Shown: one piece after another, positions 34,773 to 44,409 of the stretch
Layout: each line of letters opens with the position of its first letter
Position numbering within the stretch: the stretch's first letter is position 1
Assembly (NCBI GenBank): GCA_038146705.1
Contig: JAYQSB010000007.1
Span: forward strand, 7,583-71,582
DNA length: 64,000 nt
From: Candidatus Poseidoniales archaeon
GTDB lineage: Archaea; Thermoplasmatota; Poseidoniia; Poseidoniales; Poseidoniaceae
Reading direction: 5' to 3'
The notes under the pieces: model-generated
Told to the model about the DNA's origin: nothing
Seen by the model: the letters and a program-made list of their open reading frames with translations, nothing else
Database searches by the model: none
Made by a program: the position numbers and the translations under genes

Positions 34773-37238
34773 AGGTGGCGGTCCTAGCGGTGGTGGAGGC
34801 GGCACAAAATCTTCCACTTGTTCCTCAAAGAATTCCTTGGCTTCGGTGAGGTCCACATCATCTTCTTTCTTCCCTGACGCACTAAAGACGTACAGTGCGA
34901 CGAGCAAACCAATAGAAATAGACCAAAATGCAAGTTTTACGGTTGTGGTCGATGATGAATCATCGAGGAGGATTTCATCATCGTCAAAGACGACTTCAGT
35001 TTTATTTGTGGAGGTGTTGTTTTCGATTTCAGGTTCAGGGTCATCATTTCCTTCGACCACTTGGCATGGCGGTAATGTCCCATCTTCACATCGTTCTTCT
35101 TCAATAATTTCAAACGATTCTCCAAGCAGTAATGTTTCATTTCTATCATAATATCTATCATACAGCAATGAAAGATTGATTTGTGCATTTGCAGGTATAG
35201 AGGAATTTAGAACGTCAAAATATCGTTCGTCCCCGTATGTGTACCACGGGTCGAGTCCGACTTCGGTTGTTCCTGATGTAGCCTTTTCAAAATCGGTTGC
35301 ATCTCCAAATGCAGATTGCATTTCAGCAGGGTCGAACCGCATCGCTTTTTCCAAATCTTCGACGATGGTTGCCCAAGTTTGTGCCCCGTCTGGAACGGAG
35401 ATAAATGTCACATCGATGACTTTGTCAAATGCACCGGCGGGTTCATGGTCGTCACCTTTGAGTTGAGTCATGAGATCAAGGTCACCGAACAGCGGTAATC
35501 CCCCAACAATCGAAAGACGCACATCAGGGTCAATTGCGTTGATGAGATTTCGATAAGGATTTGAATGGATATTGTCGATGACGACCAAGTCAGCCGCAGT
35601 ACCGGGCGTTAGTGTTCCTACATCGTTTGACCAGCCCGTTGCTGCTGCAGCGTTGACAGTGACCATCTGTACAAGTTCGTAATCCGAAAATACATCTCCA
35701 AGAATTTCATCATCCCACAAATCAGCAATCTTCAATTCATGCAATGTCGATTTTGATCCCGATGGAGTCCAGTCGGGCGCGAGTGCGATACGAACACCTG
35801 CTTGTTTTGCTGCTGCAATATCTGCGGTTTGCCCGTAGAGAAGAAGGTTCGATAGTGGTGACCACACAAGAGTGGCTCCAACATTTGCCATTTGTTGAAA
35901 TTCCACAGATGTAAGGGCAACACCATGAATCAAGACGAGTTCACCGACGAGAAGGTTATTGTTCACTAAAATATCAAACTCAGCTTTACTACTCGAATCA
36001 ACTCCCTCAGCGATATGGACAAACCAAGCATCGAGGGTGCCTGATGCATTTCCATTTTTGATATGGGAGCCCACGTAATCGGAGGTCAGTTCAGTCACTT
36101 TTGTGTGAATTTGGTCCCTTCCAAAATTCCAATCTTCAATATTTCGTGCAAGAATTGTTGCATAGGTCTCATCCGGGTTTGACGGACTTCCTTGTGAAGC
36201 GGTTGTGCCTCCCATAATCGCCTTTGCTTCAACATACTTCATGGCTTGAGATTCCATGTTCCAATACTGAGGTGAATGCACGAGCGACTTTGGCTTGGTG
36301 ACTTGCGGACTATAGTCCGGATGGTTTTTCCATTCATATCGATTATTATATCCTCCCCAAGCATTTCTGTTTTGAAGTTGAAGATGTGGAGTCATTTCCC
36401 ACAATGGTGCTTGGTTGTAATGGAGGTGGTTATGCGTATCAATCAATCCAGGATAAATTGAGCCATTCGTTTCGACAATAGGAACATTTGTGAGTTCTAT
36501 TGATTCTGGAATACTCTCATTCCAAACAGCCTCAATCATGCCATTTCGAACATAGATATACCCATGATTGAGGACGGCTGATGAAGATGTCATCGGCACA
36601 ATTCGACCTCCAAGGATATACGAACCCTGATGGATATGGTCAGTTAAGCCGTAGCAACCGACCGTCCGAATTGATGTTGGTTGCACTTCAGTTGAGCTCC
36701 ATCCTGGCGTTGGTGGCTTGACTTTCTCGATTGAACCATTTTCCAAAGGAACATACGAATAGTCCCACCAAGAATCTCTGGCGGGATACGACAACATGTC
36801 CACAAGAGTTCCGTTTGCATCTCGAATCGTTGCAGCGTCATCGTTGTAATAATCGAATTCAATTCTCGAATCAGAACGAAAGATGACCAGCCTTTCATCT
36901 GGACCAAGGCTTGTGTTCCATGCTATTTTGCACGGTGCTGAACCTTCATTGATGGTATCGTCGAGTAGCCAATTTGATATGTCAACAGGTTCAGTACCAA
37001 AATTCCAAAGTTCGACGAATTGGTCTGATGACGACCCTATATCTCCATCTCCATTCCAGTCCGTTCCATTATACTCCTCAGACGATGCAGAAACCAAAAT
37101 TTCTGAAATTTGAATCGTGTAATTCGGTTCAGAGAATTGCGGTTTCGTATCGTGTAAACCAATGAATTCAGTTTTCATTGTCGTTGAAAAAGCCATGAGG
37201 AGCGCAAAAGCAACAGCCATACAACGACTATTCGCCAT
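34764..37238 (-). CDS. Exported lamin-tail-domain (LTD) + amidohydrolase-superfamily protein with C-terminal TM anchor
   Basis: Signal peptide MANSRCMAVAFALLMAF. LTD signature ISEILVSASSEEYNGTDWNGDGDIGSSSDQFVELWNFGTEPVDISNWLL. Amidohydrolase metal ligands GLIDTHNHLHYN, VHIAEG, LIHGVAL, ALAPDW. TM helix at 34872-34934 and a 35-aa acidic/Pro-rich tail. Confidence 0.75.
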   Translation of the reverse strand: MANSRCMAVAFALLMAFSTTMKTEFIGLHDTKPQFSEPNYTIQISEILVSASSEEYNGTDWNGDGDIGSSSDQFVELWNFGTEPVDISNWLLDDTINEGSAPCKIAWNTSLGPDERLVIFRSDSRIEFDYYNDDAATIRDANGTLVDMLSYPARDSWWDYSYVPLENGSIEKVKPPTPGWSSTEVQPTSIRTVGCYGLTDHIHQGSYILGGRIVPMTSSSAVLNHGYIYVRNGMIEAVWNESIPESIELTNVPIVETNGSIYPGLIDTHNHLHYNQAPLWEMTPHLQLQNRNAWGGYNNRYEWKNHPDYSPQVTKPKSLVHSPQYWNMESQAMKYVEAKAIMGGTTASQGSPSNPDETYATILARNIEDWNFGRDQIHTKVTELTSDYVGSHIKNGNASGTLDAWFVHIAEGVDSSSKAEFDILVNNNLLVGELVLIHGVALTSVEFQQMANVGATLVWSPLSNLLLYGQTADIAAAKQAGVRIALAPDWTPSGSKSTLHELKIADLWDDEILGDVFSDYELVQMVTVNAAAATGWSNDVGTLTPGTAADLVVIDNIHSNPYRNLINAIDPDVRLSIVGGLPLFGDLDLMTQLKGDDHEPAGAFDKVIDVTFISVPDGAQTWATIVEDLEKAMRFDPAEMQSAFGDATDFEKATSGTTEVGLDPWYTYGDERYFDVLNSSIPANAQINLSLLYDRYYDRNETLLLGESFEIIEEERCEDGTLPPCQVVEGNDDPEPEIENNTSTNKTEVVFDDDEILLDDSSSTTTVKLAFWSISIGLLVALYVFSASGKKEDDVDLTEAKEFFEEQVEDFVPPPPPLGPPPSD

Positions 37239-37331
37239 ACCCTACCGTGTCATCTTGCGCTCATCAAATCAGCGGCGAAATTCTCTGCACCACGAACACG
37301 CCTTCAAAAACCCCTAGTGATAGGAGGAGAA

Positions 37332-37703
37332 GTGGCAGTCGTAGAAATATCCATGGAAAATTTTGAAACCACGATTCATGACAATGATGTCGTCATCCTG
37401 GACTTCTGGGCAGAATGGTGCGGACCATGCAAGGCATATGCACCTGTTTTTGAACGAGTATCAGATGAGGTGCTAGACGTAACTTTTGGAAAAATTAACA
37501 CAGAACTTGAACTTGAATTATCAGGTATGTTTGGGATTCGAAGTATTCCGACAACGGTGGTCTTCAAAGATGGTATTGGCGTCTTTATGCAGCCTGGAGC
37601 ACTGCCTGAAAACGCACTAAAAGACCTTATTGAGAAAGTGAAAGACCTCGACATGGATGAAGTACGAGCCGAAATGGAAGCAAATTCCAATGATGAATCC
37701 TGA
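37332..37703 (+). CDS. trxA: Thioredoxin
   Basis: [10 protein letters not shown] active site and a thioredoxin-length protein. The GTG at 37332 follows GGAGGAG; an alternative ATG lies at 37353. Confidence 0.85.
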   Translation: MAVVEISMENFETTIHDNDVVILDFWAEWCGPCKAYAPVFERVSDEVLDVTFGKINTELELELSGMFGIRSIPTTVVFKDGIGVFMQPGALPENALKDLIEKVKDLDMDEVRAEMEANSNDES

Positions 37704-37749
37704 TACTTCATGTCGATGTCTTGAAGAATATTTGCGTTACCGGATAAAT

Positions 37750-39552
37750 ATGCGTCCACAAGTGCTCTTCATCTTGAGCATACTTTTGACGAGTTCTATC
37801 TCAGGATGCTTTGGTGAATCTGACGGCGAATCGGAACAAGAGAACCCCAACAATCCCTATCCAGAGCCGTGGGAACGTACTGAACTTTCATATCAAGCCA
37901 CCGATGTATTCGCCCGAGTATCAATCAACGGCTCTTTCCCAATTGGCGAAGTGTCTTCGGTTTTCGTGCCAGTGCCCACCATAACAGCCGCCGACGGGGG
38001 TGCCGGGCTGACGGGGGATGCTCAAGTCCATCTTGGACTTTGGTTACCCGTTATCGAAGGTTGTGATTTTACTTCAGCCAACCTTTCACCCGAGTGTCAA
38101 GTCCCAGTGATTGCAGAGATTGGACCATATTACAGCGATGGGGATGTTGACGCTCTAACGCCCGCTGACCGGCTTGGTCGAATGCTCATCGAGAATTATG
38201 TACCTCATGGTTACGGTGTCGCCCAAGTTTCCGTTTTTGGAACAGGAGAATCGAATCACTGCATGGACTTGATGGGTACGGACGAACAACGAGGTATTGA
38301 TGCAGCAGTTACCTGGTTAGGTTCACAGCCATGGTCAAATGGAAAGGTGGGTATTATCGGTAAATCTTACGATGGTAGCACGCCTTGGCAAGCAGCAACC
38401 TTTGGAAATCCGTACCTTGCTACAATTGTTCCAATGTCAGGGCTCATTGGAGTGCATGAACTGATGTGGAGAAACGGAAGTATGGAAGCCCGTGGTATGA
38501 TCATGCACAACGGTGTGTACGGTTCCTTTGGCATCGATGGTGATTCAAACGACCTACAGACCTTGTGCGAAGGGTATCTTGAGGGATACTTCAACGGACC
38601 AGCGGCATATTTGTCCGGTGGCATGGTCACATATGCAGGCAACGATTATTGGACAGAGCGGTCATTTTTGGACAGGGTTGTCGAGAATTACAACGGTTCA
38701 ATCTACATTATCCAAGGCATGCAAGATTGGAATGTCGACCCTCATATGGCATTTCCCACTCATCAAATTATCGAAGATGCAGGCATCGAAATTAAGACGC
38801 TTGCAGGTCAATGGGCTCACGACTATCCCGACAGAGCAACCGGACATGCTTCGTTACCATCTGGTGAAGGTCAAGAAGCGTATCCCTACACACTACGTTG
38901 GGATTGGGCCGATGAAATGCTGTATTGGTTCAATTGGTACTTGAAAGGTGAGGGCACTGCCCCGACACTCGGCGTTGAAATGCAAGATAACCGGGGAGGC
39001 TGGCGGTTTGAAACAACATATCCGCCAGTGGACACAACGTTCCTTGAAATTCCCGCAACTGAACTGAACCCTACCGGAGCCTCAATGAGTTCAACAGATA
39101 CAATCACGATGACCTATGGTCCATTTGAAAGCGATGTCTACATCATAGGTATGCCGTCTTTTCACATTCCTGTGACGCCTCATACCTCAAACGGTGCTCA
39201 TGCATATCTAGAGATGACAGATAGCACGGGCATGCATCTCGGTCACGCCGTTATGGACTTCCGATTCCACGAAGGTGGCCGAGATGGCCAGGAAGCCCTC
39301 GTCCCATTTGTGACCGTGACAGGAAAAATGGAATTTCTTCCGATGGACATCTTTCTCGAAGCGGGTGAGTCAATCATGATCGAAATGCAGCAAACCGGGT
39401 ACGATTATGTGCCGTCACCGGTGAGTGCAGGGCAATTTTCAATCGATTGGTCTACTGCAACGCTCACTTTACCACTCATCTACAGAACATGCAATGATTT
39501 GTTCCAAGCACCAATGCATGAGTACGGTGAAGAAAGTCAACGACAATGTTAA
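37750..39552 (+). CDS. Secreted X-Pro dipeptidyl-peptidase / CocE-NonD family (S15) hydrolase, lipobox-like signal
   Basis: [22 protein letters not shown] signal with Cys. Nucleophile elbow [12 protein letters not shown]. Large alpha/beta-hydrolase plus C-terminal beta domain. The upstream part of ORF 37657.. overlaps trx and lacks protein-like features. Confidence 0.7.
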   Translation: MRPQVLFILSILLTSSISGCFGESDGESEQENPNNPYPEPWERTELSYQATDVFARVSINGSFPIGEVSSVFVPVPTITAADGGAGLTGDAQVHLGLWLPVIEGCDFTSANLSPECQVPVIAEIGPYYSDGDVDALTPADRLGRMLIENYVPHGYGVAQVSVFGTGESNHCMDLMGTDEQRGIDAAVTWLGSQPWSNGKVGIIGKSYDGSTPWQAATFGNPYLATIVPMSGLIGVHELMWRNGSMEARGMIMHNGVYGSFGIDGDSNDLQTLCEGYLEGYFNGPAAYLSGGMVTYAGNDYWTERSFLDRVVENYNGSIYIIQGMQDWNVDPHMAFPTHQIIEDAGIEIKTLAGQWAHDYPDRATGHASLPSGEGQEAYPYTLRWDWADEMLYWFNWYLKGEGTAPTLGVEMQDNRGGWRFETTYPPVDTTFLEIPATELNPTGASMSSTDTITMTYGPFESDVYIIGMPSFHIPVTPHTSNGAHAYLEMTDSTGMHLGHAVMDFRFHEGGRDGQEALVPFVTVTGKMEFLPMDIFLEAGESIMIEMQQTGYDYVPSPVSAGQFSIDWSTATLTLPLIYRTCNDLFQAPMHEYGEESQRQC

Positions 39553-40700
39553 TTTTCGTTGAAGTCGATGCCTTTTTTGATATATCGAGTCGCATCTCGT
39601 AACCATGTTTTCTTTTCTTTCGTTGTAAGCACCGAGTCAACAAATTTCATACCACCTCGATTCAATTTTGTTCTTCTCGTCTCAAGCAGGGGCAAGGCAA
39701 GAATCAATTTAGCCAGTTGGACTTTTTCTGTCGAATTCAGTGTGTCATATGCCGGCTCAGGTGTCGTGAACTCACAATTTTTGAAGTTTAGAAATAGGAT
39801 GATGAATTCAATGTTTGGATGAATGGCTTTTGCCCCATGAACATGGTGTTGAATGGAATTTTTGATGAATACAGTCATGTGAGGTGACAAATTTTTGTTG
39901 AGTTGAATCTCATCGAGCACACCTTGCGTCGCTTCTCGACCGTTTGCTCTACAGATCAGCTCATTCATGACAACAGTGGTTCCAATCATATTCCAAATGA
40001 CATAAACTGGAAGGAGGAGCCATTCAACGAATACTCTTGGGGCAGTACGGCCAAACATTCTTGCTAAAATTCGACGTAAGATCCGTTTTACAAGTGCATT
40101 GAAGAGAAGCACTTGTGCTCTGTATGCTGCACCTTTGGCGGCAATGGCAGCCTTCGAAGATTTTTCAAGTGGGTCGATACCGAACTTAGGACTCGTATCT
40201 CTATTCATCCCAAGAGCTGCCTTTGTTAATCCAAGCGGAAGCGTTTGTTGGATGGCCTCGTCGACTTCACTTTCTGCATCAACATCTCGTTGCGTAATTT
40301 GATTCATTTTGCCTGCGGCACGTACAGCGTCATAATATAACAACAGCAATTCAAGAATTGTCGCTAGAAGAGATACTGCAATGATCAAACCGATTAAGAA
40401 TGCGTAATCCCAACCAGTAACACTGTTGGTTTCTGTGTTCAAGTGAGGATAATGAACGAGAATGACCTGGTACAAGATGAGAATTGGTATGGCACTGGCC
40501 ATCGCTCCAATCCCTCCACTTCGTAAGACAGCGATGTACCCAACTTTCTTCGTTCGCTGAACCCTTTCTTTGCGATTTTGAGGCGCCCCATACTTCGTGT
40601 CAAAGATTGAACCGAAGGAAAGAATTCTTTTTGTTGCAAAATCTAGAATTTTTGAACCAGTTTGCAGGAAGTTCTTCGGCTGAGAAGATTTTTCCTGCAT
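39549..40700 (-). CDS. Hypothetical membrane protein (3-4 TM) with His-containing soluble C-terminal domain
   Basis: 383-aa ORF downstream of the NikR-like gene on the same strand. Hydrophobic helices include [42 protein letters not shown] and [21 protein letters not shown]. The C-terminus contains [13 protein letters not shown] recognised no family. Confidence 0.5.
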   Translation of the reverse strand: MQEKSSQPKNFLQTGSKILDFATKRILSFGSIFDTKYGAPQNRKERVQRTKKVGYIAVLRSGGIGAMASAIPILILYQVILVHYPHLNTETNSVTGWDYAFLIGLIIAVSLLATILELLLLYYDAVRAAGKMNQITQRDVDAESEVDEAIQQTLPLGLTKAALGMNRDTSPKFGIDPLEKSSKAAIAAKGAAYRAQVLLFNALVKRILRRILARMFGRTAPRVFVEWLLLPVYVIWNMIGTTVVMNELICRANGREATQGVLDEIQLNKNLSPHMTVFIKNSIQHHVHGAKAIHPNIEFIILFLNFKNCEFTTPEPAYDTLNSTEKVQLAKLILALPLLETRRTKLNRGGMKFVDSVLTTKEKKTWLRDATRYIKKGIDFNEN

Positions 40701-40712
40701 GATACTGTTGAT

Positions 40713-40735
40713 GAGAAGTACTTTTTATGCTTCTC
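40713..40735 (-). other. Short perfect hairpin (6-bp stem GAGAAG/CTTCTC, 11-nt loop) between the nikR-like stop and the start of the downstream membrane-protein gene
   Basis: Inverted repeat read directly at 40713-40718 and 40730-40735. It ends 12 nt upstream of the ATG at 40700 on the minus strand. No U-tract follows it. Confidence 0.25.
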
Positions 40736-40753
40736 GATTTTCATGCTAGGTTC

Positions 40754-41179
40754 TCAGCAACACCCATCCGAGCGCGAGGGTGCAGTGACGAATTGTACTC
40801 TATCGATGTGTGTCGTGTTTTTCAGTTGGTCGAGTACAGACCGAATTGAAGCAGCTGAACCTTTTGTTTGTAGCGTATCAACGCACGTGTGGGACTCAGT
40901 TAGGCAATTGTGATGGTATGAAGAGACCTCAATTGAGTGTGAATGTCGAATATTGAGTAACTTCTGTTCTATACCATGCTGATAATAAATAATGAGGGTC
41001 CCTTCAACCATCTCTTTGTCGTCCATCGTCTGAAGGTCTCCCCTTTGAAGTGAGTCGGAGAAAAATAGACTCGCATCCCGAAGAAACATGCTTCTATTTT
41101 TGTAGCCGCTATCCTGTATCATCTGTTCTAACTCAACTGCAAATTGGTCATCCGTGCTGAATGAAAGTATTCTAGACAT
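40754..41179 (-). CDS. nikR: NikR-like metal-responsive transcriptional regulator (ribbon-helix-helix + ACT-like metal-binding domain)
   Basis: RHH N-terminus RILSFSTDDQFAVELEQMIQDSGYKNRSMFLRDA. C-domain GTLIIYYQHG...IRHSHSIEVSSYHHNCL carries His/Cys at NikR-like positions, and the protein ends SDGCC. The ORF opens at TTG 41197, and the first ATG is at 41179. Confidence 0.7.
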   Translation of the reverse strand: MSRILSFSTDDQFAVELEQMIQDSGYKNRSMFLRDASLFFSDSLQRGDLQTMDDKEMVEGTLIIYYQHGIEQKLLNIRHSHSIEVSSYHHNCLTESHTCVDTLQTKGSAASIRSVLDQLKNTTHIDRVQFVTAPSRSDGCC

Positions 41180-41242
41180 AAGTTTGCCAATTTTCAAAAG
41201 TTAATAACATTTGTTAAATATGTATTAATTAGGCACGGATGT
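41180..41242. promoter_or_regulatory. Divergent nikR-like/ZIP intergenic region with dyad TTAATA-N16-TATTAA (candidate operator overlapping an AT-rich promoter)
   Basis: TTAATA at 41201-41206 and its exact reverse complement TATTAA at 41223-41228, 16 nt apart. GTTAA is also directly repeated (41200, 41212). The region is AT-rich, so the dyad could be chance. Confidence 0.3.
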
Positions 41243-42349
41243 ATGTACGAACTCCTAACCTATGCAACCATTGCTCTTGTCATTGGCCTTGTGTGTGGAC
41301 TGTTGCCTGTTTTTTCTAAATTTGATGAAGACCAAAACCGACTAAAAATGCTCACAGGGATTGCCTCTGGAATTATTATTGCTTCTGCATTTCTTGTTGT
41401 GATACCCGAAGGTTTTGAATTGGCATCAACAGATGAACACGGGGATGAACAGGCACTTGTTGGCAGCGTAGCTTTAGTTCTCCTCGAAGTCAATGATGGT
41501 GACATTACTCCAGAACAAGGAATCGAAGAAATTGAGGAGTTGCTCGGTGGTCACGACGAACATGAAGATGAACACGCTGACGAAGGCCATGACGACAGTC
41601 ATAGTGAAGGTCTGAAATCTGAAATTGAACATGTGATCGAAGAAGTAGAATCTGGAGACGTTAACGCTACTACAGGTATCTCTGAGATACATGAGTTGGT
41701 TACTTTGCACGCCCATGCTGAAGAACACGAAGAACATGATGACATTTTGATCATCGGCGGTGCAATTCTCGCTGGTTTTCTTCTCATGCTCATTTTGGAA
41801 GGTTCAGGTATCGGACACGCAGTTCATGAAGAACATCATCATCATCACGATGATCATGGACATGACCATGTTCATCACAATTCGGCAGGATGGATGCTTG
41901 TCTTTGGGCTGACACTCCACGCTGCAGTCGATGGCCTAGCCATCGGTGCAGCAGCAGCAACTGGTTCAATCTCAGTTTCGTTGACTATTCTTCTCGCTGT
42001 GTTGATTCACAAAGGACCAGCCGCCTTGAGTCTCGGTATATTTTCACTCCATGAACGGGAATCTCGCAACGAATCAATCCGAGATGTCATCATCTTTTCA
42101 TTGGCAACACCAATGATGATCTTTGTTGCATATTTTCTCTTATCGTCACTTGAGACACAGATGATTGGCCTCGCCATGCTGTTTTCAGCAGGTACATTTC
42201 TTTACGTCGCTACTGTGGATACGCTACCGGATATCCACAATGCAGAAACCGGGAAGAAAGCCATGCTTCATGTGGTAACTGGAGCACTTTTCTTGACAGT
42301 ACTTCTCGTTGTCTTTTCTATGACTGGAGCCTTATCCCACGGACATTAG
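41243..42349 (+). CDS. ZIP family divalent metal transporter with very long His/Asp/Glu-rich loops
   Basis: ZIP signature helices LTLHAAVDGLAIGAA and LIHKGPAALSLG. His-rich stretches HDEHEDEHADEGHDDSH, HAHAEEHEEHDD and HEEHHHHHDDHGHDHVHH. Confidence 0.8.
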   Translation: MYELLTYATIALVIGLVCGLLPVFSKFDEDQNRLKMLTGIASGIIIASAFLVVIPEGFELASTDEHGDEQALVGSVALVLLEVNDGDITPEQGIEEIEELLGGHDEHEDEHADEGHDDSHSEGLKSEIEHVIEEVESGDVNATTGISEIHELVTLHAHAEEHEEHDDILIIGGAILAGFLLMLILEGSGIGHAVHEEHHHHHDDHGHDHVHHNSAGWMLVFGLTLHAAVDGLAIGAAAATGSISVSLTILLAVLIHKGPAALSLGIFSLHERESRNESIRDVIIFSLATPMMIFVAYFLLSSLETQMIGLAMLFSAGTFLYVATVDTLPDIHNAETGKKAMLHVVTGALFLTVLLVVFSMTGALSHGH

Positions 42350-42423
42350 TCATCAATGAACATCGTGCAGAGGGACAATAAAAATCCGCTATGCTCTTAA
42401 GCCATTGACAACCATTGTTTCGC

Positions 42424-44403
42424 ATGATGTCAAAACAAAGTGGAAGAATCACTGATAAGTTAATGCACAAATTAACCGCACACTTTGGTAGTGAAGAACA
42501 AGTATTTGACACACTAAAAAACGGTGATATCGATAAAATTGCCCAAGTCCAAGGCATTTCAACGCAGAGAGCGTTGTCTTTAGCAAGACAATTCATGGGT
42601 GGAGAAACATCGTTTCTTTCAACAAAAGAATCTGTTCGGCTGTATGAATTGTTGATCAAAGACCTCCAAAATTTCACATCAACCTCGGCAACAAAAAAAC
42701 AGATTCAATTGATGACTCCCCTTCAAGATCAAACTGAGAGAATCGAACTATCCCGTCATGCACTTCAACTTGAAGAAGAGGTGCTGCAAGACATGGGTGA
42801 CTTGATGTCGCACATTCGCCCTTTCAAAGAACCTCAAAAAAAGTACGACCGTGTTATCGTCACAAAAAATGAAATTCCACACCTCAAAGGAAAATGCAGA
42901 ATGTATACCCCGTCAGATGAAGAATCTTGGAAAGATTATACAGTGTTTCCAAAAGTGACATGGATTGGGGAAGGTGCTCCAATGGATGCACCAGAGGGTT
43001 GGTTGGTGTTTTCTCACCAAGTGGATGACTTTCGAATATTACCCGAATATATCATCGATTGGTTCCAGCTCAACGTTGATACGATACAAACGATGGTGAA
43101 CATCATCGAGCGATGTGCAGAAATGGCAAAGGATAATCTCCATTTCGAATCAATTTCCCAACGAATTGGTGAAACTCAGGGCCTTGATAGGCACCTTACA
43201 ACCCTTGGTTCAATGGGGCAAGAAGACATCATTGAAGGAATTCGTGACCAATTATGGCGAACTGCAAAACGTATCGAGCAAGAAATGCAGGATGAGGTGA
43301 CAACATCAATTCAAGACCAAAGTGTTGCACTCCAGGGCGAAGAATTGCTTGAAGCATTGAGCAACAATTCTTCTCTCAAGCGAAAGTTACAATCTGCAAC
43401 GGCCAATATCATTGACGAAGCGGTGGAGAAAGCTTATCATAAATTCACTCAATTTTTGGAACCATCAGGGATACAATGCTCGATGCAGCTGTTTACAGAT
43501 GGTTGGCCATCGGTTGTGAATAAAGCTGAACTTGATGATATTCATGCAGCACTCACTGAAATGATTGAATCGAATGAACTTCAAAAGATTGTTTCGCTCG
43601 CAACGGCCCTTGAATCATTCATGGAATCATCAAAAGTATGGTACCGAGATTGTATCTCTTTGGATATTTGGATGTCCGTTGGTCGTTGGGCACATCATCA
43701 TGGATGTAGCCTTCCCTCGTTCTCTTCTCATGGCATTTCTGTCATCAACGCATTTCACCCATTCATCGATGGAACACCTGAGCCAGTGACCTACGCATTA
43801 GGTCAATGTGCCCAAAAAGATGACAGGCAAAATCTTGCTCTCCTTACTGGAGCAAACTCGGGTGGGAAAACAACACTCCTCGAGACATTATCATTTGTTG
43901 TCATTTTGGCACACATGGGCCTTCCTGTCCCTGCATCTTCTGCAATAGTAGGAAAGGTTGAGTCGCTTCATGTCCTTGCTAAAGCAGGAGGGACGCAAAG
44001 TGCAGGAGCACTTGAACAAACACTCGAACAACTTGCAAGGGTTGTATCAGACCCTTCGCCGAAATTCATTTTTGCTGACGAACTCGAAGCCATCACAGAA
44101 CCAGGTGCAGGTGCAAAAATTATTGCTGGTATGTTGCTTGCAGCAGAACGTCAGTCCCATACAACAACAGTTCTCGTCACACATCTTGCCCCAGCGATTA
44201 TCGAAGCAACACGTAGGGATGATTTGCGGGTCGATGGAATTGAAGCGAGAGGATTGGACGACCAACTCGAGTTGGTGGTTGACCGCAACCCTCGCCGAAA
44301 TTATTTGGCAAAATCAACACCTGAACTTATTCTACGAAGGCTACACCAACGAAATTCAGGTTTGATAGAGCAATTGTTTGGCGATATTCTTGACTCATTT
44401 TGA
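42424..44403 (+). CDS. Archaeal MutS-like ATPase (MutS2-like, no Smr or mismatch-recognition domain evident)
   Basis: N-terminal HhH-like IAQVQGISTQRALSLARQ. MutS ABC ATPase core with Walker A LLTGANSGGKTTLLE, FIFADELEAITEP (Walker B) and VLVTHL. Confidence 0.7.
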   Translation: MMSKQSGRITDKLMHKLTAHFGSEEQVFDTLKNGDIDKIAQVQGISTQRALSLARQFMGGETSFLSTKESVRLYELLIKDLQNFTSTSATKKQIQLMTPLQDQTERIELSRHALQLEEEVLQDMGDLMSHIRPFKEPQKKYDRVIVTKNEIPHLKGKCRMYTPSDEESWKDYTVFPKVTWIGEGAPMDAPEGWLVFSHQVDDFRILPEYIIDWFQLNVDTIQTMVNIIERCAEMAKDNLHFESISQRIGETQGLDRHLTTLGSMGQEDIIEGIRDQLWRTAKRIEQEMQDEVTTSIQDQSVALQGEELLEALSNNSSLKRKLQSATANIIDEAVEKAYHKFTQFLEPSGIQCSMQLFTDGWPSVVNKAELDDIHAALTEMIESNELQKIVSLATALESFMESSKVWYRDCISLDIWMSVGRWAHHHGCSLPSFSSHGISVINAFHPFIDGTPEPVTYALGQCAQKDDRQNLALLTGANSGGKTTLLETLSFVVILAHMGLPVPASSAIVGKVESLHVLAKAGGTQSAGALEQTLEQLARVVSDPSPKFIFADELEAITEPGAGAKIIAGMLLAAERQSHTTTVLVTHLAPAIIEATRRDDLRVDGIEARGLDDQLELVVDRNPRRNYLAKSTPELILRRLHQRNSGLIEQLFGDILDSF

Positions 44404-44409
44404 ACCGGT

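Noticed and set aside
41825-41878. HHHHH-containing run considered as an engineered His-tag or vector contamination
   Set aside because: It is embedded in an irregular natural His/Asp/Glu-rich loop (HEEHHHHHDDHGHDHVHH) between ZIP transmembrane helices, as is common for ZIP transporters. No vector-like flanks are present.
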